From Okamejei kenojei (Eukaryota), in assembly GCA_035221665.1 (NCBI GenBank), contig CM069147.1, positions 1,550,001 through 1,614,000 of the forward strand: a stretch of 64,000 nucleotides of DNA. The letters run 5' to 3'. Shown in pieces: positions 33,900 through 47,319 of the stretch. Within the stretch, counting starts at the first letter, position 1. Each line of letters opens with the position of its first letter. A model generated the notes under the pieces. It was not told the origin of the DNA. It worked only from the letters and a program-made list of their open reading frames with translations, and made no database searches. A program made the position numbers and the translations under genes.

Positions 33900-34420
33900 A
33901 TGGTTTTTCCAGACAATGCCATCGTTGATTTGATGTGTGATTGATTGCCTGTCCACCGGGCTCCTTTGATCTATTCATTCCCGATAAACATCAATAAATC
34001 ACTCGCCATAGCAACGCTCACGTCCGTGACGTAACACCTGGCTTGTCATCTCTCTGTCAAACCTCTTCACTGATTTTTGTTCCTCTTTTTTTCCTTCTCT
34101 CTCTTTATATATATATATACATATATAAAGATATATATAAAGACCAAGAGATTGGACAAGATATTTTTGTAAACAGCAAGCTAAAGGCATGTCGGCTGGG
34201 AGAGGAGAGGGGAGAAGAGGAGTGTTCTATCAAAATGACCTGTCAAAACGACTTTGTTTCATATTTGATTTAATTGTCTCAGTTCTGACAGGCACATTCA
34301 TCAATAGCTTAATGGTCAATCAGAAGTTGGCAGAGTGAATGCTCTCATTCTTTCCCATACACAAGCTCTGGCATACTCGATCAAAATGCCTAATGGATAC
34401 GGGGAAGAGGGAGATGATCA
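33900..34420. promoter_or_regulatory. Candidate intronic enhancer with PBX-HOX and MEIS motifs
   Basis: TGATTGAT 33938, ATAAATCA 33994, CTGTCA 34240, TGATTTAA 34266 and TGACAG 34286 in unique sequence. Confidence 0.4.
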
Positions 34421-34669
34421 CTGGAAGACCACTTATTTAAAAAGAGAGGAAAAAATAAGTGTTTATCCCCTTGATGGGTAGATGAAGACAAATTAGTGAG
34501 CCCAGCTTTGCTTTTGTTTTCCCTCTCAGTTTTGTTAGAGTCAGAGCAACTTCCTGTCATTTTGTTCCACAGGCCCTCGCTCACAGCTGCATGTTCTAAA
34601 GTTCACCACTGCTTTGTGGTAGACGCAGTGATGACAAATTGATTGCTGTCTTCTGATGGAAGGCGCGTA

Positions 34670-35297
34670 CATTCACACACACGAGCGCACACACACGCGC
34701 ACACACACACGAGCGCACATGCGAGCGCACATGCGTATATACGCGTGTGCACGCACACACACACGAGCGCACACACGAGCGCACATGCGAATATACGCGT
34801 GTGCACGCACACACACACGAGCGCACACACGAGCGCACATGCGTATATACGCGCGCACACGCACACACACACGAGCGCACACACGCGCACACACCTCCAC
34901 ACACACACACGAGCGCACACACGCGCACACACCTCCACACATACGCGCGCGCACACACACTCACACACACGAGCGCACATGCGTATATACGCACGCGCGC
35001 ACACACACACAAGCGCACACGCGCGCACACACAAGTCCCCACAAGCGCACGCACACACACACGTCCACACACACACACAAGTGCACATGCTTATATACAC
35101 ACGCGCACAAACACACGCACACACACACATACGAGCACACATGCGTATATATACACACGCACACATACACACACGAGCGCACACACGCGCACATGTACAC
35201 ACACATACATGAGCGCACATGCTTATATACACACACGCGCACACGTACACACGCACGTGCACATGCGTGCACACACACGCGCACATACACACACGCA
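34670..35297. repeat. Alternating purine-pyrimidine (CA/CG/TA) repeat
   Basis: CACACACGAGCGCACATGCGTATATACGCG modules. Confidence 0.95.
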
Positions 35298-36371
35298 GGA
35301 TGATGTGCCGTGACTGATGGTGACTTTGGGAAATCTTGGGCGGGTTGAGTAGACAGACGTAAGATTCTCCAAACTGAAAGGTCCGTTCAGCCGTAAAAAA
35401 AAAAAGTTGTTTTGCCAGCTTCATTAGTGTTCACCTAATTAGCTGTAAACCTGATGGACTCCTGACAGGTTTAATGATGAGAGATGACGGGCTGTACACA
35501 CTGTCATGCAGCAGAATTAGGTTAGCAGCTAGTTTGATGTAATCAAGTTGATATTATACAGTCCAAGCTGCCTCTAGTTGGGCACTAACTCCATTTTCTG
35601 CTGCAGGTGACAAATGGGTCTTGATACCTGGATATTCATGTCACAGGAATCAGGGCCCTTTAATGTTCTCTGGTCAAGAAGCACCAACTAGGAAAACTAG
35701 CGGCAGTAATGGTGGTGGTGTAGACACAACAGACAGGTGCACAAATTCTTTACGTCTTGCTTGATTGTGACAGCGCATTGTGAATTGTCTAATAGAGAAG
35801 CCTAAAACTGTCGCCAGGAATCTGTAAAGAGATTGATTTAGTTTCTGGGCTGAGTAGGGGAGGAATCGCCTGTAAGGCTGGGTATATGCAGCAGAGTACA
35901 CTTTCTAAGAAAGCACAAAGGGGTGTGGATCATATGTTGCTGGGAGAGGATTTTCTAGTTTCCTCACGCAGCTGTGGGCACAGAGCGATTTTATTCCATG
36001 TCAACACTTGGTCAAATGTAATATAACACCCGCTTGGACCGGATTACAGACGTGTGTGTGTGTGTGTGTGTGTGTGGGTGTGGGGGGGGGGGGGGGGGGG
36101 GGGGGTTAGGGAGGGAAAAGGGAAATAAATGCAGCGGGGGGGGGGATGCATTTATTATTCATTTTCCCGCCTATGGCGTACTGTATAAAAGTTTAAAATT
36201 CATGTGTCAACAACGTTGTCTTATTGAGATGCAAAATGATCGCTGCCAGGTGAAGAGAATCAATCAGCGAGATAGAGTGTGTGAGGCCGAGAGCAGGATT
36301 GCACTCATCATCCCCAAACGCTGGGATAGGCAGTGAGAGGGGATACCTACAGAGCTACATGTGTTTCACAG

Positions 36372-36995
36372 TCTAGTTTAGAGTGCGGAAACGGGCCCCT
36401 CGACCCACCAAGTCAGCGCCGACCTGCGATCACCACACACTAATTTAGTTTAGAGATACAATAGACAACAGGTGCAGGAGTAGGCCACTCGGCCCTTCGA
36501 GCCAGCACTGCCATGCAATGTGATCGTGGCTGATCATCCCCAATCAGTTCCCCGTTCCCGCCTTCTCCCCATATCCCCTGACTCTGCTATTTTTAAGAGC
36601 CCTATCTAGCTCTCTCTTGAAAGCATCCAGAGAACCTCCACCACCCTCTAAGGCAGAGAATTCCACAGACTCACCACTCTCTGTGAGAAAAAGTGTTTCT
36701 TCATCTCTGTTCTCAATGGCTTACCCCTTATTCTTAAACGGCAGTGTGGAAACAGGCCCTTCCCCACGGAGTCGCGCCAACCAGCGATCACCCCGTACAC
36801 TAACACTGTCCGACAGTTTAACCGTTTTTACCAAGCCATTTAAACAACAAACCTCTACTTCTTTGGAGTGTGGGAGGAAATCGGAGTGCGGGTCATGGGG
36901 AGGACGTACAAACTCCATACAGACAGCACCCATAGTCGGGGTTGAACCCAGGCCCCTGGCGCTGTGAGGCAGCAGCTCCACCCGCTGCGCCAGCG
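36372..36995 (-). mobile_element. SINE tails, CR1 3' end (36460-36740) and SINE (36745-36993)
   Basis: Reverse-complement matches to the SINE and CR1 families seen elsewhere in the window. Confidence 0.85.
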
Positions 36996-37689
36996 TACTG
37001 CCCGACTGTTGTGGCGTTATTTGCGGAGAGACCTGCCACACACCCCGGCCCTCTCTGCTAGACTGAGATCCCCACAAGCAGCCGAACTGACAAGGTGATT
37101 AGTCACGGGCATTCACAGCTTCTGCAGGAATGAACAACAAAGACGGGAGAAGGGGGGAGAGAGGGAAAACCACAAGGCTGCCTGGAAGTTTCTCTGAAAT
37201 ATGTAACCGGGAAACAGAATCTTCCAGAATCCACCAGCCTCGCTTGCATTAGGCTGACAGCTGTCAATTACTGCGGCAGCATTTTCCCGGGCAGCAGTTT
37301 ATTGCACGCAGTTGCTGCTGTCATTTTGTTCCTAGTTTTGCCTTGAGCGCTATCACAAGCAGGGGTGAAATAGTCAATAGCTGATGGATCAGCAGTTATT
37401 TCTTAAATTGGTTCACAAGTCTGCATTTTTCTTTTTCCTAAAGATTGTTTTGTAAAGTGATTAGAATGAACAATGACTGCTGCAGGGTTGTGGGGATGTC
37501 GTGTAGGCAGGTGAGGCTGGTACACTATGTAGTGGAGAGGCTCGCACACAGACAGGCAGGCAGACAGGGAGAGGGTGACAGGGACAGGGAGACAGGGACA
37601 GGAGGCAGGGTGAGGCTGGTACACTATGTAGTGGAGAGGCTCGCACACAGACAGGCAGACAGGCAGAGAGAGAAAGTGCCGGGGCTGTG

Positions 37690-38533
37690 CTCCGAGTGAA
37701 GCTCAGACACAGGAGTGAAGCACAGGCATGGTTAGGTCTCGGAGTGAAGCACAGACACAGGGCTGGGCTCGGAGTGAAGCACAGACACAGGGCTGGGCTC
37801 AGAGTGAAGCCACAGACCACAGGGCTGGGTCTCGGGAGTAGAGCACAGACACAGGGCTGGGCTCAGAGTGAAGCACAGACACAGGGCTGGGCTCGGAGTG
37901 AAGCACAGACACAGGGCTGGGCTCGGAGTGAAGCACAGACAGGGCTGGGCTCGGAGTGAAGCACAGACACAGGGCTGGGCTCGGAGTGAAGCACAGACAG
38001 GGCTGGGCTCAGAGTGAAGCACAGACAGGGCTGGGCTCGGAGTGAAGCACAGACACAGGGCTGGGCTCAGAGTGAAGCACAGACAGGGCTGGGCTCGGAG
38101 TGGAGTGAACACAGACAGGGCTGGGCTCACAGAGTGAAGCACAGACACAGGGCTGGGCTCAGAGTGAAGCACAGACAGGGCTGGGCTCAGGAGTAAAGCC
38201 AACACAGGGCACAGACAGGGCTGGGCTCAGAGTGAAGCACAGACAGGGCTGGGCTGGAAGAAGTGAAGTGAAGCACAGACACAGGGCTGGGCTCAGAGTA
38301 AAGCACAGACAGGGCTGGGCTCGGAGTGAAGCACAGACAGGGCTGGGCTCGGAGTGAAGCACAGACAGGGCTGGGCTCAGAGTGAAGCACAGACACAGGG
38401 CTGGGCTCAGAGTGAAGCACAGACAGGGCTGGGCTCGGAGTGAAGCACAGACAGGGCTGGGCTCAGAGTGAAGCACAGACAGGGCTGGGCTCGGAGTGAA
38501 GCACAGACAGGGCTGGGCTCAGAGTGAAGCACA
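37690..38533. repeat. 28/30-bp minisatellite, roughly 28 units
   Basis: Unit AGGGCTGGGCTCRGAGTGAAGCACAGAC(AC). Confidence 0.95.
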
Positions 38534-38919
38534 ACCGAGAAGCTTCACATCCGTGTGTTATATTCAGAGTATGGTGTTCCGCACACCCTAACGTGTTTGC
38601 TGTTATAATTAAAAGTGTAACACTTGAACAATGCTTTGAAGACCTAACTTCTTTTTATATGTGATTATGAATTATTAATCTGCATTGTCAGGGCACATGT
38701 TATCAATTATGAATATCTGCTTTCATCATTTACAGCAGCTGTTAAGGAAGGGGAAATTGTAACAAAGTTATTTTATCTAGTGCTTGGTATCTGTTCCAGA
38801 GATGTGCTCCATTTCATCATTTACCCAACGTCCAAAAACACAAAACTGCTTATTTTTAGCTCCTGGTGTCTATTTTTAACTGCCATCTGTGTTATAACCT
38901 GGTCATTGTGGAGTAAGGT

Positions 38920-39100
38920 GTGTGGGAAGGAACTGCAGGTGCTGTTAGATAGGCACAGAGTGCTGGAGTAACTCAGCGGGTCAGGCAGCATCTGTGGAGA
39001 ACATGGATAGGTGACGTTTCACAGAGTGCTGGAGTAACTCAGCGGGTCAGGCAGCATCTGTGGAGAACATGGATAGGTGACGTTTCGGTTCGAGACCCTC
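38920..39100 (-). repeat. PLE-terminus element with two 66-bp units
   Basis: CAGAGTGCTGGAGTAACTCAG... twice, ending GACGTTTCGGTTCGAGACCCT. Confidence 0.88.
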
Positions 39101-39756
39101 CTCCTCTCTTTGCTCTTTACGCTCCACTCTTTGGTCTGATCATCGCTAGCCCAGAGTGGAGCGTACCAGAGCTGCGTGCTCGTGTTTTAGACGCACACTT
39201 AGGAAGGGCTGGGCTGATGTCAGCTCGGGGCGATGGGTATCACTGGCGGACGCACACTCACGTCCTCACACTAACACTTACAGACGGCCCCCAACCCAGG
39301 CGACTATGTGCGTGCTGGCCACACAAGCAGAACTACACTCACAAATTACAATCGCTCCACACTCTTCAATCTCTACTCCTGCAATAACATTAGTTACATT
39401 AGCTATGATATTGTGTATCTATACACTGTAAACGGCTCGATTGTAATCCTGTCTTGACCGGTTAGCACACAACAACAGCTTTTCACTGTACCTCGGTACA
39501 CGTGACAATAAACTCAACTCAAACTGGTTTCCGTGGGGATTGAGGCTGGCCGGGCAGCATCATCCGAGTCAAGCCACCTCGCTGTCTACGGGGAAATCTA
39601 TCTGGGATCCAGGGATCAGGAAGTGGCTGTGACCTAGGGTGTATGTGGGTTAACAGTAGATGTATCAGGAAGGTCGACACTGCCTGAGTCAAGCTTGATG
39701 GACCCATTCTCTCTGCGTGTGCATTTGGTTATATCAATGGTATTTGATGATCAAAC

Positions 39757-40120
39757 TGCTGGAGTAACTCAGCGGGTCAGGTAGCACCTCTGGAGAGAAG
39801 GAATGGGTGACGTTTGGGGTCCAGACCCTTCTTCAGACTGAGAGTCGGGGGAAAGGGAAATGAGAGATCTAGTCGACGTAGTAGTGAGATTTAGGACAGA
39901 TGAATGAATGATATTCAAAAAAGGTAATGACGATAAAGGAAGCAGTCCATTGTTATCTGTTTGCTAGGTGAGAACGAGATGCTGGTGCAACTTTGGTAGG
40001 CGAGGAATGAACAGAGAGAGAGAATGCTGGGGTTACTTGAAGTGAGAGCAATCAATATTTATACCACTGGGGTGTAAGCTGCCCAAGCAAACGGTATGAT
40101 GCTGTTCCTCCAATTTGTAT
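39757..40120 (-). mobile_element. Penelope-like element 3' end
   Basis: GGGTTACTTGAAGT...ACCACTGGGGTGTAAGCTGCCCAAGC...TGTTCCTCCAATTTG matches 7580-7670. The hammerhead at ~39807-39840 has GAAA mutated to CAAA. Confidence 0.85.
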
Positions 40121-40284
40121 TTAGGGAAACCAGGCTATTTGTGAACCTTAATATTGTTGTATTTAATGAAACTTTTGCTTAGAGCGTGCAAATACAGCGT
40201 GCTCGCCTTTCCAGCATTGCAGTTCCTTGGTGTCTACTAAATATATTTTGCTTGCTGACATTCAAAAAGCGAGAATGTGGAAAT

Positions 40285-40468
40285 AAGGAACTGCAGATGC
40301 TGTATAATAAACAAAAGGACACAGTGCTGGAGTAACTCAGCGGGTCAGGCAGCATCTGTGGTGAACATGGATAGGTGAGGTTTCACAGAGTGCTGGAGTA
40401 ACTCAGCGGGTCAGGCAGCATCTGTGAAACATGGATAGGTGACGTTACGGGTCGGGACTCTTTCAGAC
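40285..40468 (-). repeat. PLE-terminus element with two 66-bp-type units
   Basis: Same family as 38920-39100. Confidence 0.85.
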
Positions 40469-40482
40469 ATGAGGATTCTAGT

Positions 40483-40516
<34 letters not shown>

Positions 40517-40689
40517 ACGATGTTGGGCATTCCCTTAGCAACTGGTATTCTATATGTTAAATAATAGTAAAAGTTTTGAATATGCAGCGTAGAGTTATCT
40601 CCACAGTAGGCGCAGGTGAGGGGGATCTGTCGACATTTATCCTTGCAGGAGCATTGGCCACCAACTGTACCTTCCTCCCAGTAACACAC

Positions 40690-40935
40690 CGAGTGTGCAC
40701 CGACCAGCCATCCCCGCACACCAACACCATCCTACACACACTAGGAACAATTTACACTTGTACCAAGACATTCAACCATCAAACCTGTACATCTTTGGAG
40801 TGGGAGAGGAAACCGGAGCTCCCAGAAGGTCACGGGGAGAACGTGCAAACTCGATACAGACAGCACCCGTAGTCGGGATAGAACCGGGTCTGTGGTGCTG
40901 TGAGGCAGCAACTCTACCGCTGCGCCACCGTGCCA
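40690..40935 (-). mobile_element. tRNA-derived SINE
   Basis: The minus strand begins GGCACGGTGGCGCAGCGGTAGAGTTGCTGCC. Confidence 0.88.
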
Positions 40936-40970
40936 CAGCACAATACAAGGGGCGGCCACAACCAGAGGCC

Positions 40971-41265
40971 CTCCAGCTCCAGCACCAGCTCCAGCTCCGG
41001 CTCCAGCTCCGGCTCCAGCTCCAGCTCCAGCTCCAGCAGCACCCAGCTCCGCACCAGCTCCACTCGCGAGCTCCAGCTCCGGCTCCAGCTCCTCCAGCAC
41101 ACCCACCCGGGGGCCTCCAAACTCCGGCTCCAGCTCCAGCACCACTCGCGCTCCAGCTCCGGCTCCAGCTCCGGCCTCCAGCCACCGGGCTCCAGGCTCC
41201 CGACTCCAGCTCCAGCTCCAGCTCCAGCTCCAGCTCCAGCTCCAGCTCCAGCTCCAGCTCCAGCA
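40971..41265. repeat. (CCAGCT)n hexamer repeat
   Basis: Directly visible; it opens spurious ORFs in all frames. Confidence 0.95.
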
Positions 41266-42566
41266 ACCAAAGTCCCATCCCACCCCATGGAATGTGATCG
41301 TAGGCTCATGGATAGGCCAGTCAGCCTACCACACAAGCTCAGTCATTCAGTTAGATCACGGCTGATATGTAGCTCAGCTCCATGTACCTGTCTTTGATCC
41401 CTGCACCTTGATACCTTTTACAGAATAAAGAAATCTGGTGATCTTTGAAATTTTCTAAGGTAGATAAAAAATGCTAGAGAAACTCAGCGAGTGAGGCAGC
41501 ATCTGTGGAGCGAGGGAATAGGGTCGAGGCCCTTTTGTTGCCATCCGTAGTGTCAAGTTGAGCTGGGTGACAAAGTGCACCGCATCCTGGCTTGTGACAA
41601 TTACATGAACATGCTAGATACTGCGTGTCTGTGTGTGAGGGAGCAGCTTTTCCACACAAGCCATGTATTAAAAAAAACAGATCTCAGCCGTTCACTTTAG
41701 CAGTTTGAGGGAGGAAAGCCCACCCAATCCTGATAGTTTTGTTTTGAAAGGAAGCAGTGTGCTGTTTAATGAGTGGAGCTTGGGCTGGGGGCCGAGCCTG
41801 TGCCCCTTGCCAGATCAAGGACTTTCTTTGAGGGTTGCATCACCACAGGCACCAGCGCTGTCCAGACTGACACACATCAGTCATGCATCTGTGACTGGGG
41901 CTGTGTTGTTGTCGAAGGGAGAGGCGATGAAAGGCGAGGAGGCCTCTAGTAATCAGGGCCAGTGATGACATCCTTCCCAACTTTGACAGCCCCTTCCTCT
42001 CGCCCCCCCCCCCCCACCCACGTTACACCCATCACTCTCTCAACTGATCCCTGCCCCCTCCCCCTCCCACCCACCCCCGGTTTCATGTAGCTGATGAATC
42101 TCAGATGCTGGGACTAATGTTACTGTGGGCGTGGGCCGTTGCTGGCAGTGGGATGGGCAGGTGTTGTTAGAAGCCAGTTTTTTTTTGTACTGTAGGCCCT
42201 GTTGCTAATTAATGTTCCTCCATAAGATTCTGTCTGAGTTGAGTAATGTTTTTGATCTTTATGCCTGATAACTGCATACTTAATGAGATTTCAAAGCTTC
42301 TTGAGCTGTGAATGCAGCTCACTGCAATTATTGACAGATGCCTTCTCTTAGCCATTGGGTTCAGCTCCATAAATCCTCTCTGGGTAATGAGTTCACAAGT
42401 GCCACCCCACCAGCCAGTTAATGAAAGGATGGGGGATGGAGGGGAGGGGAGGGGGGGGGGGGGGGTGTTGTAAAAGAGAGATGCCCATGCCTATCCCAAA
42501 AGCTTTCTTAAAATGTTCTCCTCTGCAGATACCAAGCAGTTATTCAGCAGCGTGTATTCATCTGGA

Positions 42567-42719
42567 CGACGCTTCGGGTCGAGACCCTTCTTCAGGCTGG
42601 AGAACAGTCTCGACCTGAAACGTCACCCGTTCCTTCTCTCCAGAGATGCTGCCTGTCCCACTGAGTTACTCCAGCTTTTTGTGTCTGTCTTCGGTTTAAA
42701 CCAGCATCTGCAGATCCTT

Positions 42720-42780
<61 letters not shown>
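42567..42780. mobile_element. Inverted pair of PLE-terminus fragments ending in a (TG)n microsatellite
   Basis: GGGTCGAGACCCTTCTTCAG (42576-42595), then TCTCGACCTGAAACGTCACCC...CCAGCATCTGCAG (42608-42713), then (TG)n. Confidence 0.8.
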
Positions 42781-42783
<3 letters not shown>

Positions 42784-44974
42784 TGTTTCTATGTGTGTGT
42801 TTGGGAGTATGCACNNNNNNNNNNNNNNNNNNNNNNNNNNNNNNNNNNNNNNNNNNNNNNNNNNNNNNNNNNNNNNNNNNNNNNNNNNNNNNNNNNNNNN
42901 NNNNNNNNNNNNNNNNNNNNNNNNNNNNNNNNNNNNNNNNNNNNNNNNNNNNNNNNNNNNNNNNNNNNNNNNNNNNNNNNNNNNNNNNNNNNNNNNNNNN
43001 NNNNNNNNNNNNNNNNNNNNNNNNNNNNNNNNNNNNNNNNNNNNNNNNNNNNNNNNNNNNNNNNNNNNNNNNNNNNNNNNNNNNNNNNNNNNNNNNNNNN
43101 NNNNNNNNNNNNNNNNNNNNNNNNNNNNNNNNNNNNNNNNNNNNNNNNNNNNNNNNNNNNNNNNNNNNNNNNNNNNNNNNNNNNNNNNNNNNNNNNNNNN
43201 NNNNNNNNNNNNNNNNNNNNNNNNNNNNNNNNNNNNNNNNNNNNNNNNNNNNNTTGTGGACGTATTGTCACTCCAGGGTCAGATGGGGGCCCTTCTTGTG
43301 GTTTCCTCCAGAAAGACTCTTTCACCGAAATGCTGAAGGGCACGGAGCAAGGGTGGCCAGGGGGTTGGCACGTCAGTCCTCCGCCCCCCTCCCCCCACTC
43401 CCCTCCCACACACACTCTCTCTCCCTGCATGCACGGAGCAGAGTTGTGAAACCAGATCTGGTGGAGTTTGGCTGCATGGAGCCAAGCAGCCCACTTCCCC
43501 ACTCAGCGGAGTCATAGATCACAGACCCACCCTGCCCCTCGCACACACTGACAGGTGTCATTTATCAAGTGGACCCAGACACACACGTGGGANNNNNNNN
43601 NNNNNNNNNNNNNNNNNNNNNNNNNNNNNNNNNNNNNNNNNNNNNNNNNNNNNNNNNNNNNNNNNNNNNNNNNNNNNNNNNNNNNNNNNNNNNNNNNNNN
43701 NNNNNNNNNNNNNNNNNNNNNNNNNNNNNNNNNNNNNNNNNNNNNNNNNNNNNNNNNNNNNNNNNNNNNNNNNNNNNNNNNNNNNNNNNNNNNNNNNNNN
43801 NNNNNNNNNNNNNNNNNNNNNNNNNNNNNNNNNNNNNNNNNNNNNNNNNNNNNNNNNNNNNNNNNNNNNNTCTCACTCTGTCTCTCTCTNNNNNNNNNNN
43901 NNNNNNNNNNNNNNNNNNNNNNNNNNNNNNNNNNNNNNNNNNNNNNNNNNNNNNNNNNNNNNNNNNNNNNNNNNNNNNNNNNNNNNNNNNNNNNNNNNNN
44001 NNNNNNNNNNNNNNNNNNNNNNNNNNNNNNNNNNNNNNNNNNNNNNNNNNNNNNNNNNNNNNNNNNNNNNNNNNNNNNNNNNNNNNNNNNNNNNNNNNNN
44101 NNNNNNNNNNNNNNNNNNNNNNNNNNNNNNNNNNNNNNNNNNNNNNNNNNNNNNNNNNNNNNNNNNNNNNNNNNNNNNNNNNNNNNNNNNNNNNNNNNNN
44201 NNNNNNNNNNNCTCTCTGTCTCTGTGCTTCTCTCTGTGTCTCTGTGCTTCTCTCTGTGTGTCTCTGTCTGTTTCTCTGTCTCTCTGGTTTTGGGAGGTGT
44301 GTGCGTGAGGGGGTGATTGGGGCAAGAGTGGTGGGAGGTGTGGGGAGGGAAGGAGGGAGAGAGAGGGGGAGATTGACGGGGTAAGTGAAGAGGCTGCAGT
44401 GTTATTATCGACACTCCCTCGAGCTCTGCAGACAGCCTAGTACTTGTGGCCATTTGACAGGCATCATTCAGGCAGCAATGCTTGCTGCAGCTGTAAATGA
44501 GTCTGGGAGCTGCTGGCTTCACACGATTCAAGCCTACATTATTGAAGATGGATGTTTCTTAAAAAAAGATTGATGATGGATATCAGGCTTATGGTGCCAT
44601 TTATCATTGAGAATATTATTTAGACTTGCCGTGCAGAGCTGTAACTTGAGAGTTGGCCGGGCTGGGACGGAGCAGAGGCCTAGATGTGCACCATTTGATG
44701 GATGGCTTCACGTTCTCGTTGTTTGTTACCAGATACCAGCTGGTCATTATGGGACTGTGTTGCATTTTTGTAAGTGAACGGAAAGATCATGTATGGTAAG
44801 AAAAATATTCCTTGTAATGAGATGGTGAGTGGAGGAAAGTTTGTAGCCTTGGCTGGAATAGTGGGTGGAGCGCGACTAATGTAACACAACAAAGCAGAAA
44901 GAATGAAGTAAACCTCTTTAGTACAAGGCGTGAACAAAGCAAGGTAAGGGCATGTGGGGGGTGGTTCACACTTT

Positions 44975-45295
44975 CATGTAGTGTGTGCACGAGTGTGTAA
45001 GTGAGTGTGCGTGCGCGAGTGTGTAAGTGAGTGCGTGCGTGTGCGCACGAGTGTATAAGTGTTTGCGCGTGCAAGCGAGTGAGTGGGAGTGTGTGTGCAA
45101 GAGTGTACGTGAGTGAGTGTGTGCGCGAGTGTGTGCGTGTGCGAGTGTGTAAGTGAGGTGTGCGTTCGCGAGTGTGTAAGTGAGTACGTGCGTGTGCGCG
45201 CAAGTGTATAAGTGCGCATGCAAGCGAGTGGGTGGGAGGGAGTGTGTGTGCAAGAGTGTACGTGTGTGAGTGTGCGCGAGTGTGTAAGTGAGTGT
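44975..45295. repeat. TG/CG compound simple repeat
   Basis: Directly visible. Confidence 0.92.
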
Positions 45296-47319
45296 TGGGG
45301 GGGAGGAGTAGTTACAGGTGTGGATGGGCTCCAGAGGTGATGCCCTTTGCAAACTTTACCCGTCGAAAGTTTGCTTGAATCTGATCCCGAGTCGGTTTCA
45401 GGTGCGACAGGAAAAAAACCCACAGAGTTGAGGAGGCGAAAGTGTACTTTTGTTTTGTTTTATTCTTGGCTTTTTACTGTGTTATAGTCGGGAGACATGA
45501 TTTATTGTAGCCATCCATCTTTAGGTCTCATCCATCACACCAGCGTTGCTAGGCGATCATGGCAGCAGCTGTTTGCTTTGAATCAGACAGAAAAGTTGTC
45601 AATCACCAAAGGCAGGTGAATAGCATTAGAAACAGGCTATTGTCAGACAGAATAATTAATCAAAGCTGCAAAAGATAATTAAAAAGATATGACCCTTTGC
45701 AAGTACTTGCTCTGGATTGCTTGGGAAAAAAAATCCAACTCTTTTCTCGACACTTATACAGCTGAGGCTGGTAGAAAATGTGCACTTTGTGCTTCGTTTT
45801 TTTAATTAATAATAAAAAAAATGATTTGGCATTCACGGTTCATTCAAGAGAAAGATCTGAGCAAAATGCGAAGAAATGAGTGGAGTTTGCCGAAAACCCC
45901 CGACAAACATAGTGAACTTTTTGTGTCGTTAACCATGTGTCTCATGTCCCGAGCGGCATGTTTTTCTCAGCTGCGCAAACCCCACCTTTACCATCGTTGT
46001 TGCATTGTGGGTTTCCTTGCACAATTCCTCATCTTTGTCCGCGCAGACCTGGACACAGATGTGGGATACGACCATCAGGAAGTTTGCAGCAAGCTCCCAG
46101 AAATATTCTGCACATCAGGNNNNNNNNNNNNNNNNNNNNNNNNNNNNNNNNNNNNNNNNNNNNNNNNNNNNNNNNNNNNNNNNNNNNNNNNNNNNNNNNN
46201 NNNNNNNNNNNNNNNNNNNNNNNNNNNNNNNNNNNNNNNNNNNNNNNNNNNNNNNNNNNNNNNNNNNNNNNNNNNNNNNNNNNNNNNNNNNNNNNNNNNN
46301 NNNNNNNNNNNNNNNNNNNNNNNNNNNNNNNNNNNNNNNNNNNNNNNNNNNNNNNNNNNNNNNNNNNNNNNNNNNNNNNNNNNNNNNNNNNNNNNNNNNN
46401 NNNNNNNNNNNNNNNNNNNNNNNNNNNNNNNNNNNNNNNNNNNNNNNNNNNNNNNNNNNNNNNNNNNNNNNNNNNNNNNNNNNNNNNNNNNNNNNNNNNN
46501 NNNNNNNNNNNNNNNNNNNNNNNNNTCTCTGTGGTGTGTCTCTCTCCTGTTCTCTCTTNNNNNNNNNNNNNNNNNNNNNNNNNNNNNNNNNNNNNNNNNN
46601 NNNNNNNNNNNNNNNNNNNNNNNNNNNNNNNNNNNNNNNNNNNNNNNNNNNNNNNNNNNNNNNNNNNNNNNNNNNNNNNNNNNNNNNNNNNNNNNNNNNN
46701 NNNNNNNNNNNNNNNNNNNNNNNNNNNNNNNNNNNNNNNNNNNNNNNNNNNNNNNNNNNNNCTCTCCGTGTCTCTGCATCAGGCAACATCTCCAGTACAT
46801 GTCCCCTTTAATTTCCAGTGTGTGTGTGAGTGCGGTGCCTGGGAGACTTGGGTCACTGTGGCTTGTGTCAGGGACTTGGCTGCAACTTCCAGCGGTGCCC
46901 AGTGTTCACAAACGGACCCAGAGTATGGGAGTAACTCAGCGGGTCAGGCAGCATCTGTGGAGAACATGGATAGGTGACGTTTCAATGTCTGGACCCTACT
47001 TCAGACTGATGACCCTAAAGACCCCAGCCTAACATGCACTGACTGCACTGATCTCCTCACTAATCCCACCTTTTTCCCTACTCTTTCCCACCCTCTCCAT
47101 CCTGTTTGTGTCGTTGCCCGCTCTACCAGCGGTGATGTGCCGTGGCCAAGTGATCTACCAACCCACAATCATTTTGTTAAGGAGACGTGTAAACTCCACA
47201 CAGACAGCACTGGAAGTCCAGACTGATCCAGTGTCGCTGGCTGCCCACGCTAATCTCAAAACACATTTACAATCTCAGCCGTATGGTCTCCAGCCTTGCA
47301 GTTGATATCCCGGCTGAAC

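Noticed and set aside
32976-35424. His/Thr/Cys/Val- and Pro-rich ORFs of 150-326 aa
   Set aside because: They are translations of minisatellite and CA/TG repeats.
40695-41397. Ser-rich, GA-rich and LE-rich ORFs
   Set aside because: They come from a (CCAGCT)n hexamer repeat fused to a SINE.
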